Both the position numbers and the translations under genes were made by a program. Shown in pieces: positions 44,616 to 58,673 of a stretch of 64,000 bases of DNA (the first letter of the stretch is position 1; every line of letters begins with the position of its first letter). The DNA lies in contig CATNEN010000039.1 in NCBI GenBank assembly GCA_950097015.1, positions 5,022,001 through 5,086,000 of the forward strand, given 5' to 3'. The notes beneath the pieces were generated by a model that did not search any database, had not been told where the DNA came from, and saw only the letters and a list, made by a program, of their open reading frames with translations. This DNA is from Macrostomum hystrix. Taxonomy: Eukaryota; Animalia; Platyhelminthes.

Positions 44616-45696
44616 CACGCAAGACTCTAAATTGCGTCCTAATTCAGCTCGGCCAGGCTAAAACTGAGGCTTCAGACCCTTCACAGTGGCCTGCTGGTCT
44701 CTCTAGTGTCCACTTCGACTCACTCGAGCCGATCTCCCATCAAATCCTTTCCTTCCTTCCTGCGTCCTACTCATTAGGGCGGTGAGTAGGGAAAGAGCGA
44801 ATTATTTTTAGAGAATCTGGTAAATTACTTTTCTACTATGTCTTTAAAATCCTCCGTCCGTTTCAGTCCTGCCTTTTATGGTATTTATTCGGCGAGTCGA
44901 GCGCGGTGCAGGAGTCACTTTTCAAGTTTTTGCCCCACTCGGCACGATCTACTGGCCTTAAAGTATTCTTTTGCAGAATATCTCAGCGAAAAAAACTGAC
45001 TGAAACTGCCGCACTGCCCTATCTCGAGGCGGTTAATGAAATTCAGAAATTTTTGTTGTCTCGCTGGCCTTGCTGTTTTGTTATTCTCTTTCACAAAATA
45101 AGATATTTTAATCACTGGTTCTCAACAACTCGGCCAATAATTAACTCCCTCCCAATGGCCCATTGCGCTCTCTGAATTGGTTCACTTTGCTCTACCGCCA
45201 ACTTGGGCCAGTTTTGTCTGGCCAAAGAAATGCAAAGCGAGGAGGACAAAGCGACAAGCGAGTCCTCGCATGGTCCCTCATGGGGAAGGACGCTCGGAAG
45301 ATTAGCCGATTCGATTTGGGATTAGCCGACGCGCCAATTCCCATGGTTGTCCTCTGGCGCCGACTGCGGATTCCGCAGAAATCTCTCATATTTAGAGATG
45401 AGGCTCGGGATTACAGGGCCAACCCTACCTGCCCCGGCTTTGAATAAAATATGATTGATTGAAACTGTTCTTGTCGCTAACTGTCTGAGAATGAAAGCGC
45501 GACCGCCGGAGCTTTTAGACTGTCGACTAAAACTGGAGTTCACTTCCGTTACATTCAATTTAGCAGGATTCGCAAACTAACTCTGCAGCGTGCGTAATAA
45601 AAATAGCTTAGTGAAAGCTATTGATTTCAGCTTTTACACCGATTCATTGCGGAACTGGAGGTCAGATAGAACGTCTGAATTAAGATTTTTTTCATT

Positions 45697-46155
45697 TATA
45701 ATGTAACGATTTATAATGTAACGATTTGTAATGTAACGATTTATAATGTAACGATTTTTAATGTAACGATCTGTAATGTAACGATTTATAATGTAACCAT
45801 TTCTAATGTAACGATTTTTATGTAAGTCTAATTTAACGATTTCTAATGTAACGATTTCTAATGTAACGATTTCTAATGTAACGATTTCTAATGTAACGAT
45901 TTATAATCTTACGATTTCTAATGTAACGATTTTTATGTAAGTCTAATTTAACGATTTGATATGCAAGGATTTCAATTGTAACGACTATTAATTCTAAGAT
46001 TTTCTATTTAACGATTTCTTATGAAACGATTTCTAACTTAACGATTTCCAATGTAACGATTCATACTTTACGGATTTCCAATGTAACGACTATCAATTTT
46101 ACGATTTCTAATTTAAATATTTCCTATGTAACAATTTCTAATTTAACCATTTAAC
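45697..46155. repeat. 15-bp minisatellite TTMTAATGTAACGAT decaying rightwards
   Basis: Tandem copies becoming progressively degenerate. Confidence 0.9.
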
Positions 46156-46156
46156 C

Positions 46157-46157
<1 letters not shown>

Positions 46158-46233
<76 letters not shown>

Positions 46234-46243
46234 ATCTATCTAT
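46158..46243. repeat. (TCTA)n microsatellite
   Basis: About 20 copies. Confidence 0.97.
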
Positions 46244-47310
46244 CCAGCCCAGTTATTCTATAGACAGTGTATCAGTTAGTTCTAATCATGCGCAGGAAAT
46301 CAGCAGAATCATTGCGATGACATGGCAGACAGGAATAGCTAATTAAGTGCAGTATTGCTAAGCATAGGCAGGTGAGCTTAATAAAAGAATAATTGAGGAG
46401 CAGGGATTGCAGCCGTGTTTGTCCTGGAGGTGACGATAGGGACCAGGAACTTACACACCCAGGCAAATGTGTCCGCTGAATCCAGTCCCAGTGTCTATTG
46501 AGCTCATGAAATCAGTGATTGAGTTTTATTTTGCAGGCCGGCTGTGAGGCTCCACTGCCGGCAGCTCCCTGCAGGATATCAGCTGGCACATTCACCTGCT
46601 TGGGAGCATTTTGTTAACATACCGGATGCGAGAAACACGCCCGGACAGGTCTGAGGATTTCCACTGTCCAAATACCGAATTTGTGAGGCTAAAACTTGAG
46701 CACAGTGACGCACACACACACCTTTAGCCCAGTGCCAGTTGGAGAGAGAAATGAAAAAAGGAAATTTGACTTTGCCAGGGCCAAGGGCGGAACATTCGCT
46801 TCACTGAAGCTTGACGCGAGCCTGGAGTTTGTACTATAAAATTTGTCTCAACCAGGAAGCATATAGAATGTATAGAGAAAATGGAAAATCATTGACAGAT
46901 ACACAAACAGGGAGTCGGGAGACAAAGATGGGATAAATATGGGGTCAAAGTGGCAGCTTAGTTAAGAAATGAGCTCGGCAAATAGCGAAATGTACTAAAT
47001 CACCAAACTAGCAAAGGCCACAAGTGCTAACAATGCAAAACAGTGCACTCCGCCTTCCCACACTTCCCGATGTCAATCTTGCCTCTGAATTGCAATGTGC
47101 AGTCGCAATTCCTTACTGCAAACTCTGCGAATTGATCGATTTTAATTGCACAAAGAGAAGCTTATTAGCAGCAGGGCTTGTCTCCTTTCAGCCCTACCAT
47201 CGCCATCCCCCTTCCTGCTCACCCCTTGAAAAAATCCCAACTTAGGATCGCGTGGGTGGTGAGCTGGATTAACAAGTGGCCTACGGAGGGAGGTTCCGAA
47301 CCATGCATGC

Positions 47311-47311
<1 letters not shown>

Positions 47312-47347
<36 letters not shown>
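47312..47347. repeat. (CTG)12 microsatellite
   Basis: Direct reading. Confidence 0.95.
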
Positions 47348-47349
<2 letters not shown>

Positions 47350-47690
47350 GGGGATGCCAAACTCTTAATCCCCCTTCAATATTCTTGGACCTATGCTGCG
47401 AGTGCTGGAGGAGGCGGGAAGAGGAGAGAAATTTTGGGAAGGCCAAGAAGTTTGGGATTCAACCTTGGGGATCTGAGCTGTGGGGCCAGGGACAGCAGTA
47501 AACGAGGGAGTTTGATTGAGCATGGGGATCCTCAGAGCTCATATCTTCCTCAGCTCTTCTTCCACCCCATCTGATTTTGCGTCTCCGGTCAGGGAGCCAA
47601 TAGGCGCGGAAGGACTTGTCTGGGAAGGGCTTCAAGGCCGGGATTATTCTGCCGAAGTTCGCTACCAACGCTACCACGCCTGCAACAGAC

Positions 47691-49913
47691 ATGCTGGGCC
47701 GCTACAGCTTCGACTTCGAGGATTCCGACGAGGGCACATTCGCGTCGGTGTCCAGGAAGCCGCCAGCCTCGTCCTACGGTGCACCGTCGCTGCCTCCGCC
47801 GCCGCCGCCACCGCCTCCACCGATACCGCCGCCGACTGTGCCGCCAGTCGGGTCTCTACTGCTTCCAGCGTCTCAGCAGCAGCAGCAGCAGCTGCAGCAA
47901 CATCGGCACAACCACAACAGCAGGAATGCAGCCAGTCACCATCATCGTCACACCAGAGCCAACCCGATGGTGCCAGCAACTGTTCCGCCAGCAACAAAGC
48001 GAGTCACGGCTACTTACCACCGTCTGGTGCTGACGCCATTCGCATTGAAGTTTCTCCACCGCTCGCCACCTGTTAAATCACTGTGGCTCATTGTGTTTGT
48101 CGTCTGCGCAGCGGCCAGCGGTTTTCATTTCTGGCGCCTTTTGGCCATGTTCAATAGCGGCTTCACGGTGCTGGCTCAGGGTCGCGAGGTGCCCTTCGTG
48201 TTCCCTGACGTGACCGTCTGTCCGCCCAGCCCATTCTACAGACGCGACGTCGGCAAGCCGGACACATTGGACGGCACCAACCGCAGCCTTGGCGTTGACA
48301 TTGCTCTGACCACGGCGCGCGCATTCTGGAGTTACGTTCTCTACGACAACTTGTCCTACCAGCACCTGCCGCCGGCGCAGCGAGAGTACACATCCCGACT
48401 GGCCTTGCCCAGCATATTCCGCTACTACATCAACTCCAGCGCGGTGCTCACCCCGCTCGACCTAGTCGCCTACTGTCGCTACCAGGGCCAGCTGTGCTCA
48501 ATGAGCAACTTCTCTATATTCTTCCACCCATCCTACGGCTCATGCATCACCTATCACCCGCCTAGGCGCATAGTGCATCCCACCTACCTGGACACTGACA
48601 CGCCTGGCCTCGTGCTGCAGCTGTACACGCTGACTCCTCGTGACTGGCTGCTCACAGCCGATCCGCAGTCGAGCATGACGCATCGGCACAGCTTCGCCGT
48701 CACTCTCCATCCGCCGATGACCTGGCCGAGCTTCGACCACGTGGCTCACGTGGCCAGCGGCCGCGTCACCTCCATGCGGGTTCGCATGCGCAAAGTCTGG
48801 CGAGCCAGTCTGGACGACGACGCCTCAGTTGAACTGTCACTGAACCGGCTGCTCACCTCCGTCGCCTACTGCTTCGGCGGCCAGCGGCGCTGGTGTCGAT
48901 CGTTCGCCAGCCAGCTGGCCGATCGCCTGCTGGCGCAACGGCAGGCCGATCTGCTGGCCGACTGCGGCTGCGTCAGCGATGCCCTGCCTTTAGCCGAGTC
49001 TAGCGACGCTCCGCCGGCCTGCATCGGCATTCGCGACCCGGCGCTGCTTCTGTTCGACCCGGATCGCGTGAAATACATGGGCCGCTACCTCTACATTAGC
49101 GACGGAGACTCGCGCAACCGCTGGATAGAAGACACGGCCAACTATGCCGCATTCAAGCGAGCTGTCGACTGCTTCTTGAAGCGATTCCCCAAGATCGCGC
49201 CGGCTGGCGAAGCGAGCGTCGGCGGCGGCCTGCTGCCGGACCCTGTGTCGACCCGCTACTCGGTTCAGGCTGACTCTGGGCCCTGGTTCCGCTCCACGGA
49301 CACCATGCAGGCGGCCTACATTGCCCAGAATGTGCGCCAGTTCGAGCGCGAAATCCTTGAACCGGAGGCCCGACGCCGCAATGCCAGCCTCCACGTCCAG
49401 GCCTACCTGCGCAGGCTCAAAGACACGGAATTCACAATCTACGCCTACCAGGTGCTGCAGGAGTCCACAGGCATGCTGGAGGTGCGCCCAGCAGCCCTGT
49501 TCGAGCGGCAGCTGTCGGAGGTGTGGCTCTATCCGCTGAGCGCCTTCCTCGCTGACTGCGGCGGAGCTCTCGGTCTTCTGCTAGGCGCCTCCCTGGTGAC
49601 CCTGTTGGAAACCCTGGATGCACTTTTGCTATTCCTGCACGACAGTCGGGCCAGAAGGCGCTGCCTCAACACCGTGCTGGCCGCCGCGTCGGCTGCATCC
49701 GGACTCAGCGGTGCTCCGGCCGCCGCATCTCCTTCGTTGTCAATGTCGCCGACGACAAACTGTTGCGGCGTCGACGGGCATTCAGCAGCTGCGGCGGCGG
49801 ACTGCGTCGGCGGCGCTGATCGGTCGAACTCAGTTCAGAGCCGGCGTCGACTGCCCATGTCGCAGCGGGCCTGTTGGCAGGGATGTCGGCACTGTGACAC
49901 GCGTCTCACCTGA
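47691..49913 (+). CDS. DEG/ENaC superfamily channel subunit, single long coding exon
   Basis: TM1 SLWLIVFVVCAAASGFHFW, FPDVTVC, YCRYQGQLC...FFHPSYGSCITY, CGC, TM2 YPLSAFLADCGGALGLLLGASLVTLLE with intact GAS filter. First ATG at 47691; the frame is open from 47616. Confidence 0.9.
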   Translation: MLGRYSFDFEDSDEGTFASVSRKPPASSYGAPSLPPPPPPPPPPIPPPTVPPVGSLLLPASQQQQQQLQQHRHNHNSRNAASHHHRHTRANPMVPATVPPATKRVTATYHRLVLTPFALKFLHRSPPVKSLWLIVFVVCAAASGFHFWRLLAMFNSGFTVLAQGREVPFVFPDVTVCPPSPFYRRDVGKPDTLDGTNRSLGVDIALTTARAFWSYVLYDNLSYQHLPPAQREYTSRLALPSIFRYYINSSAVLTPLDLVAYCRYQGQLCSMSNFSIFFHPSYGSCITYHPPRRIVHPTYLDTDTPGLVLQLYTLTPRDWLLTADPQSSMTHRHSFAVTLHPPMTWPSFDHVAHVASGRVTSMRVRMRKVWRASLDDDASVELSLNRLLTSVAYCFGGQRRWCRSFASQLADRLLAQRQADLLADCGCVSDALPLAESSDAPPACIGIRDPALLLFDPDRVKYMGRYLYISDGDSRNRWIEDTANYAAFKRAVDCFLKRFPKIAPAGEASVGGGLLPDPVSTRYSVQADSGPWFRSTDTMQAAYIAQNVRQFEREILEPEARRRNASLHVQAYLRRLKDTEFTIYAYQVLQESTGMLEVRPAALFERQLSEVWLYPLSAFLADCGGALGLLLGASLVTLLETLDALLLFLHDSRARRRCLNTVLAAASAASGLSGAPAAASPSLSMSPTTNCCGVDGHSAAAAADCVGGADRSNSVQSRRRLPMSQRACWQGCRHCDTRLT

Positions 49914-50281
49914 CGCTGGCTTGGCCCCAACAACGCCAGTCTTTCCCATGCATTGTGTAAACGTATTCTTCTAATTGACAGTTGCAATTAAAATGCTTTC
50001 TGTTTAATTGAATGAGCGAAACAAAAGCTTGTCCTGCTCAGACATCAATTCACTTCTGCTCTCAAGAGTAATGAGAGTGTCTCAAGATTGCTTCCCATTG
50101 TGGCATAGTCAAGTACGTCGCTGGGACTTTATTTTTAGCTATTCGCCACGAAAACTCCTGGTGGATTGCTGACTGCGGCGAGATAGCAGTTTTTTAATAT
50201 AAATCAGTGAGTTCTAAAAGAGCCAGGCAAAAGAAATAGTGCACTTATATCATTAGAGATTAATATGCAGTCAGTCAGGGC

Positions 50282-51565
50282 ATCCACTGGTCATACAGAT
50301 CACCTACCACTATCCACTGATCATACAGATCATCTACCACTATCTACTGGTCATACAGATCATCTACTCGTACCAGTATCTACTGATCATAAAGATCATC
50401 TACAACTATCCACTGGTCATACAGATCACCTACCACTATCCACTGATCATACAGATCATCTACCACTATCTACTGGTCATACAGATCATCTACTCGTACC
50501 AGTATCTACTGATCATAAAGATCATCTACAACTATCCACTGATCATACAGATCATCTACTACTATCCACTGATCATACAGATCATCTACAACTATCTACT
50601 GATCATACAATTCATCTACCAGTATCCACTGATCATACAGATCATCTACTACTATCTACTGATCATACAGATCATCTACTACTATCTACTGATCATACAG
50701 ATCATCTACTACTATCCACTGATCATACAGATCATCTACTACTATCTACTGATCATATAATTCATCTACCAGTATCCACTGATCATACAGATCATCTACT
50801 ACTATCTACTGATCATACAATTCATCTACTACTATCTACTGATCATACAGATCATCTACTACTATCTACTGATCATACAATTCATCTACCAGTATCCACT
50901 GATCATACAGATCATCTACTACTATCTACTGATCATACAGATCATCTACTACTATCTACTGATCATACAGATCATCTACTACTATCCACTGATCATACAG
51001 ATCATCTACTACTATCTACTGATCATATAATTCATCTACCAGTATCCACTGATCATACAGATCATCTACTACTATCTACTGATCATACAATTCATCTACT
51101 ACTATCTACTGATCATACAGATCATCTACTACTATCTACTGATCATACAATTCATCTACCAGTATCCACTAATCATACAGATCATCTACTACTATCTACT
51201 GATCATACAATTCATCTACCAGTATCCACTAATCATACAGATCATCTACTACTATCTACTGATCATGCAGATCATCTACCAGTATCCACTGATCATACAG
51301 ATCATCTACTACTATCCACTGATCATACAGATCATCTACTACTATCTACTGATCATACAATTCATCTACCAGTATCCACTGATCATACAGATCATCTACT
51401 ACTATCTACTGATCATACAGATCATCTACTACTATCTACTGATCATACAGATCATCTACTACTATCCACTGATCATACAGATCATCTACCAGTAATACAG
51501 ATCATCTACTACTATCTACTGATCATACAGATCATCTACCAGTATCCACTGATCATACAGATCCT
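50282..51565. repeat. 30-bp minisatellite ACTGATCATACAGATCATCTACTACTATCT
   Basis: About 42 copies; source of ORF 50265..51569. Confidence 0.97.
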
Positions 51566-52402
51566 CTAACACTGAAGTTATTGACATGTCTTACAAAGAA
51601 ACCTGTAGAAGTCACATTCCTATTGTCACTCTAAAAGGGCCTTCAGCAATGCAACGGTTTCACTTCCACGCAGCCGAAAAAATGGCAACGAAAGGACAAA
51701 AAATGTTCTCATGGGAAAGCCTTCAACTGCGGCCTGGAATCCATCTTTTTGGGAAAAATTTCCCTTTGCTATCTTCTGCATCGGAGGGAGGGTTGCTGGG
51801 AAGACCCAAGCAAACAATGGCTGCAGAATTTATCCTATTCCGCTATACCAACCCGCTTTCGACACTTTCATTTGACAGCTGGCATGAGAATTTGATGCCA
51901 CCGAAAAGTGAGAAGGGATAAAGCAGAAATTTTTTATCCCTCAGGATAGCAACTTTGCCAACCTTCCCACTCCACCGCCAATGGGAAAAGCGAGTGCCTT
52001 TTTAAGGAAAGAATCAAGAGAGAGAGAGCGCATCAGCAATTTTTTGTTGGGGAGGGGATATTTTTTCTACACGGGGTTCTGGGAGAATTGGGAACCACTT
52101 GTTCGGCTTCGACTGAGGGCTAGATGGAGGATGGGGAAGAGAAGCTGGTCTCAAGTTTCTCCCAGTTGGTGCTGAATCAATCGATGCCTTCTCACCCCGC
52201 CCGACCTGCGGGTTTTGGCAGCCAAGCTAGGTAGTAACCGGGAGGGGATAAAATGAAAGGAAAAACTACAATAGGAAAGTGTCAGGGAAGACAATGGCTT
52301 GTGTTTTATAAGATGTAAAATTGTCAACAGTTCAAAGAAAGCTAAAGTTCGTTCATTGCTCCAGCTTTCGTCTGGCCTTTTGAGAAATACAATGGCATTT
52401 TA

Positions 52403-53095
52403 ACTGAATGGGATTTCGGCTGAATGGGATTTCGGCTATTTTAAGATATCCGGCTGAATGGGATTTCGACTGTATGGGATTCCGACTGATTGGATTTCGG
52501 CTATTTTGGGATTTCGGCTGAATGGGATTTCGGCAGGATGGGATTTCGGCTGAATGGGATTTCGGCAGGATGGGATTCCGGCTGAATGGGATTTATGCTA
52601 TTTTAGGATTTCGGCTGAATGGGATTTCGGCTGAACGGATTTTGGCTGAATGGGATTTCGGCAGAAAGGGATTTCGGCTGAATGGGATTTCGGCTGGATA
52701 GGATTTCGGCTATTTTAAGATATCCGGCTGAATGGGATTTCGACTGTATGGGATTCCGACTGATTGGATTTCGGCCATTTTGGGATTCCGGCTGAATGGG
52801 ATTTCGGCAGGATGGGATTTCGGCTGAATGGGATTTCGGCAGGATGGGATTCCGGCTGAATGGGATTTCTGCTATTTTAGGATTTCGGCTGAATGGGATT
52901 TCGGCTGAACGGATTTTGGCTGAATGGGATTTCGGCTGAACGGATTTTGGCTGAATGGGATTTCGGCAGAAAGGGATTTCGGCTGAATGGGATTTCGGCT
53001 ATTTTAAGATTCCGGCTGAATGGGATTTCGGCAGAAAGGGATTTCAGCTGAATGGGATTTTGGCTGAATGGTACTATAAGCTAAAAGGGATTTGG
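52403..53095. repeat. 16-bp minisatellite GGCTGAATGGGATTTC with a ~274-bp higher-order duplication
   Basis: Tandem variants; TTAAGATATCCGG at ~52441 and ~52715. Confidence 0.93.
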
Positions 53096-53464
53096 GATTC
53101 TTGAAATTCGCTGAACACACTTCCTGTTATGTGGGATTTAGGCTACTTCGGGATTATTTTGGTAGTTTTCAGAACTTTAGTTGATTTTCAATACGACTGC
53201 ATGTTATGGCACCATTGCTAACTAGCATTCGACCATGCAAGTACATTGTTGCAAAACGATATTTACATTACAAAGTGCAATATATTAGGGAGGGAATTAC
53301 ACAGGCAACTAAAATAATAATCCTGTCTTATCCCCAAGGACTATATCTGTCCCATCGAACCACAAGGCGGTTTTCCATCCCACTCGAAAACTGTCCATAC
53401 AAGGCTGATGCCTCCACTGCCTATTTAGCTTTGCGACGAATCATTTAGACACTTTCTGTCTTGT

Positions 53465-54075
53465 CTCAGTGTCTTCTGGTCACTCCTAGTGTCGATTAGA
53501 CACTCCCAGTGTTGATTGGTCACTCTCAGTGTCGACTGATCCCTCTCAATATCTATTGGTCCACTCCCAGTGTCTATTGGTCACTTTCAGTCTCTATTTG
53601 TCACTCTCGGTGTCCATTGGTCACTCTTAGTATCTATTGGTCACTCTCAGTGTCAATTAGTCACTCTCAGTGTCAATTGGTCACTCCCAGTATCGACTGA
53701 TCACTCTCAGTATCTATTGGCCGCTCTCAGTCTCTTTTGGTCACTCCCATTGTCTATTCGTCAATCCCAGTGCCTATTGGTCACTCCCAGTATCTATTGG
53801 TCACTCTCGGTGTCTGTTGGTCACTCTCGGTGTCTGTTGGTCACTCTCGGTGTCTGTTGGTCACTCTCGGTGTCTGTTGGTCACTCACTCCCAGTCTCTA
53901 GTGGTCACTCTCAGTGTCTATTGGTCAATCCCAGTGTCTAATTGACACCCCCAGTGTTAATTGGTCACTCCCAGTCTCTTTTCGTCACTCTCAGTGTCTA
54001 TTGGTCACTCTTAGTATCTATTGGTCACTCTCAGTGTCTATTGGTCACTCCCAGTGTTCATTGGTCACTCCCAGT
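53465..54075. repeat. 20-bp diverged minisatellite TTGGTCACTCTCAGTGTCTA
   Basis: About 30 imperfect copies. Confidence 0.93.
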
Positions 54076-54687
54076 GCCAGTGCTAATTTAGCCTTTTTTC
54101 AATAGCTGAAATTGTCAATTGGTTTGATTATACTTTTGGGATACCCCAATGCACTTGCATTCGTCTTAGCATTTGCTCTGCCTTATTGTCTGTTCATAAT
54201 TTCTAAGCCTAGTCTCAGAAAAGTAGAAATCATGCAAAATCTATTTCGTCTGTTATTTATTTTGAAGGGCCGGCTCCTAATGCACGCCGAGCTACTCAAT
54301 CGATCGAATCCGCTTCTGCTGTGCGGTGCCAAGCGGCCGCACTGATTAATTATGACGCAGCCGCCGTGCTGGCTAGCTCAGTCAGCTGAGAACTACTCAA
54401 ACCCACCAACAACCCCGGACCCTTTTAATCATGCTCGATTCGAACTTAGCCCAGCAATTGCTGAGCTCAACCGGAGTGTGTTTAAACAGAGGAGTCTCAA
54501 TCAGCTTCAGCCTGCGCGGGTCGCGAGCTCGAGCCCTCTCCCACCTCCCTTACCCCAGCAGCCGCGGGCCACGCGCACTGGCGCGTGAAATCACCGGGCC
54601 AGAGAGAGAATATTGAGACCGCTTTGAGCACACTATCTTATTAGGCAGATCTGCTTGCGCCTTGGGTGGTTGCTGAACATCTTCGAA

Positions 54688-54863
<176 letters not shown>

Positions 54864-55239
54864 CATGTGGTCTCCACTTATTTTGCTGGCGACTAAAAGC
54901 AACTTTCAAAAAACTTTTTTTAAATAGAGTCACAACAAAAAGATTTGTTTTCAAAGAAAGCTTTTAAACAATATTGAATTTATTTCTATCAATCGATGAT
55001 TTTTTTATGAGTCGATTGTCCTGTGAGTCGAAAACCGCGAAATTTACTTTTCCGTTGAAGCATGAGGAACAATTTAGAAAAGTTTCAGCCCTGATTTGGC
55101 GCACAAAGAAAATTTTTCAAGACTTTTTTTCTACATTTATGTGGCAGAGATAAAAAAGCATTATTTTCAAAATTTTGTCTAAAAATGAATTCAAAAGGCA
55201 AAATTCAGCTCATGATAAAGTTTAGAAAAAAATTAAAGT

Positions 55240-56815
55240 AGAGGGTAGACGACAGCTCATGATAGAGGGCAGAAGACAGCTCATGATAGAGGGCAGAAGA
55301 CAGCTCATGATAGAGGGCAGAAGACAGCTCATGATAGGGTAGAAGATAGCTGGTGATAAGAGTTAGAAGACAGCTGGTGATAAGAGTTAGAAGACAGCTG
55401 GTGATAAGAGTTAGAAGACAGTTGGTGATAAGAGTTAGAAGACAGTTGGTGATAAGAGTTAGAAGACAGCTGGTGATAAGAGTTAGAAGACAGCTGGTGA
55501 TAAGAGTTAGAAGACAGCTGGTGATAAGAGTTAGAAGACAGCTGGTGATAAGAGTTAGAAGACAGTTGGTGATAAGAGTTAGAAGACAGTTGGTGATAAG
55601 AGTTAGAAGACAGCTGGTGATAAGAGTTAGAAGACAGTGGGTGATAAGAGTTAGAAGACAGCTGGTGATAAGAGTTAGAAGACAGCTGGTGATAAGAGTT
55701 AGAAGACAGCTGGTGATAAGAGTTAGAAGACAGCTGGTGATAAGAGTTAGAAGACAGCTGGTGATAAGAGTTGGAAGAGAGTTGGTGATAAGAGTTAGAA
55801 GACAGCTGGTGATAAGAGTTAGAAGACAGCTGGTGATAAGAGTTAGAAGACAGCTGGTGATAAGAGTTAGAAGACAGCTGGTGATAAGAGTTAGAAGACA
55901 GTTGGTGATAAGAGTTAGAAGACAGTTGGTGATAAGAGTTAGAAGACAGTTGGTGATAAGAGTTGGAAGACAGCTGGTGATAAGAGTTAGAAGACAGCTG
56001 GTGATAAGAGTTGGAAGACAGTTGGTGATAAGAGTTAGAAGACAGCTGGTGATAAGAGTTAGAAGACAGCTGGTGATAAGAGTTAGAAGACAGCTGGTGA
56101 TAAGAGTTAGAAGACAGCTGGTGATAAGAGTTAGAAGACAGTTGGTGATAAGAGTTAGAAGACAGTTGGTGATAAGAGTTAGAAGACAGTTGGTGATAAG
56201 AGTTAGAAGACAGTTGGTGATAAGAGTTGGAAGACAGCTGGTGATAAGAGTTAGAAGACAGCTGGTGATAAGAGTTGGAAGACAGTTGGTGATAAGAGTT
56301 AGAAGACAGCTGGTGATAAGAGTTAGAAGACAGCTGGTGATAAGAGTTAGAAGACAGCTGGTGATAAGAGTTAGAAGACAGTTGGTGATAAGAGTTAGAA
56401 GACAGTTGGTGATAAGAGTTAGAAGACAGCTGGTGATAAGAGTTAGAAGACAGCTGGTGATAAGAGTTAGAAGACAGCTGGTGATAAGAGTTAGAAGACA
56501 GTTGGTGATAAGAGTTAGAAGACAGTGGGTGATAAGAGTTAGAAGACAGCTGGTGATAAGAGTTAGAAGACAGCTGGTGATAAGAGTTAGAAGACAGCTG
56601 GTGATAAGAGTTAGAAGACAGCTGGTGATAAGAGTTAGAAGACAGTTGGTGATAAGAGTTAGAAGACAGCTGGTGATAAGAGTTAGAAGACAGTTGGTGA
56701 TAAGAGTTGGAAGACAGTTGGTGATAAGAGTTAGAAGACAGCTGGTGATAAGAGTTAGAAGACAGCTGGTGATAAGAGTTAGAAGACAGTTGGTGATAAG
56801 AGTTAGAAGACAGCT
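55240..56815. repeat. 24-bp minisatellite GAAGACAGCTGGTGATAAGAGTTA (~62 copies) with variant units at left edge
   Basis: Highly homogeneous array; source of ORFs 55205..56987. Confidence 0.97.
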
Positions 56816-57355
56816 GCAGGTAAGCGATAAAAGCGCCATAGATGAAAGTGAAGAAACCATTGGAGGTCAGTGCCAAGAGTGCACCTTTGAGCACAATGAA
56901 AATGAGTTTGACTGCTTAAGTATCATCCATAGTCGAGAGTTGACAATCCTTGCAGACAGAAGTCTTATCTTTTTCCCTGCTATATAGTTTAGCCACTTTG
57001 ACTGAAGGGTGAGATCGATTCGCAGTGCTCAAAGTGAGGACCATGAGTCCGCATGCGCGGTTGTCAAGAGTTGGGCTTGGTGGCGTTCGACTTTTTGATC
57101 GATTGCGCTTTGCATAGTTCTGAGTCTAGCCAAGCAGCTGAGCACAGACAACAAATACTCAGTGCTGAGTGAAGTACGGAAGGCATCGGACATCAATAGT
57201 CTAAGAATGCTAAGTCACGCACAAGATTCGACAACAGTGAATGAGGCTTTGAGTCAGAGCACAACTGGCAAATAATAGTATTTTCGGTTTGAACTTCTGG
57301 CTTGTGGCGTGTGATTCAGGTGATGAAGCTGCTGGATTTGGGTTTAAAGGCAAAG

Positions 57356-58673
57356 ACACAGGTGATGTAGGTGACAGTAACACAGGTGATGTAGGTGACA
57401 CAGTGACACAGGTGATGTAGGTGACACAGTGACACAGGTGATGTAGGTGACACAGTGACACAGGTGATGTAGGTGACACAGTGACACAGGTGATGTAGGT
57501 GACACAGTGACACAGGTGATGTAGGTGACACAGTGACACAGGTGATGTAGGTGACAATCTGACACAGGTGATGTAGGTGACACAGTGACACAGGTGATGT
57601 AGGTGACACAGTGACACAGGTGATGTAGGTGACACAGTGACACAGGTGATGTAGGTGACACAGTGACACAGGTGATGTAGGTGACACAGTGACACAGGTG
57701 ATGTAGGTGACACAGTGACACAGGTGATGTAGGTGACACAGTGACACAGGTGATGTAGGTGACAATCTGACACAGGTGATGTAGGTGACACAGTGACACA
57801 GGTGATGTAGGTGACAATGTGACACAGGTGATGTAGGTGACAATGTGACACAGGTGATGTAGGTGACACAGTGACACAGGTGATGTAGGTGACACAGTGA
57901 CACAGGTGATGTAGGTGACAATGTGACACAGGTGATGTAGGTGACAATGTGACACAGGTGATGTAGGTGACAATGTGACACAGGTGATGTAGGTGACAAT
58001 GTGACACAGGTGATGTAGGTGACACAGTGACACAGGTGATGTAGGTGACACAGTGACACAGGTGATGTAGGTGACACAGTGACACAGGTGATGCAGGTGA
58101 CACAGTGACACAGGTGATGCAGGTGACACAGTGACACAGGTGATGTAGGTGACACAGTGACACAGGTGATGTAGGTGACACAGTGACACAGGTGATGTAG
58201 GTGACACAGTGACACAGGTGATGTAGGTGACACAGTGACACAGGTGATGTAGGTGACACAGTGACACAGGTGATGTAGGTGACAATGTGACACAGGTGAT
58301 GTAGGTGACACAGTGACACAGGTGATGTAGGTGACACAGTGACACAGGTGATGCAGGTGACACAGTGACACAGGTGATGCAGGTGACACAGTGACACAGG
58401 TGATGCAGGTGACACAGTGACACAGGTGATGCAGGTGACACAGTGACACAGGTGATGCAGGTGACAATGTGACACAGGTGATGTAGGTGACACAGTGACA
58501 CAGGTGATGTAGGTGACAATGTGACACAGGTGATGTAGGTGACACAGTGACACAGGTGATGCAGGTGACACAGTGACACAGGTGATGTAGGTGACACAGT
58601 GACACAGGTGATGCAGGTGACACAGTGACACAGGTGATGCAGGTGACACAGTGACACAGGTGATGTAGGTGAC
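57356..58673. repeat. 26-bp minisatellite ACACAGGTGATGTAGGTGACACAGTG (~50 copies)
   Basis: Highly homogeneous array. Confidence 0.97.

Noticed and set aside
47142-47501. Poly-Q/poly-A/poly-C ORFs around the (CTG)12 tract
   Set aside because: Short, mostly non-ATG starts and no domain; explained by the microsatellite, though a UTR or unrecognised exon cannot be excluded.
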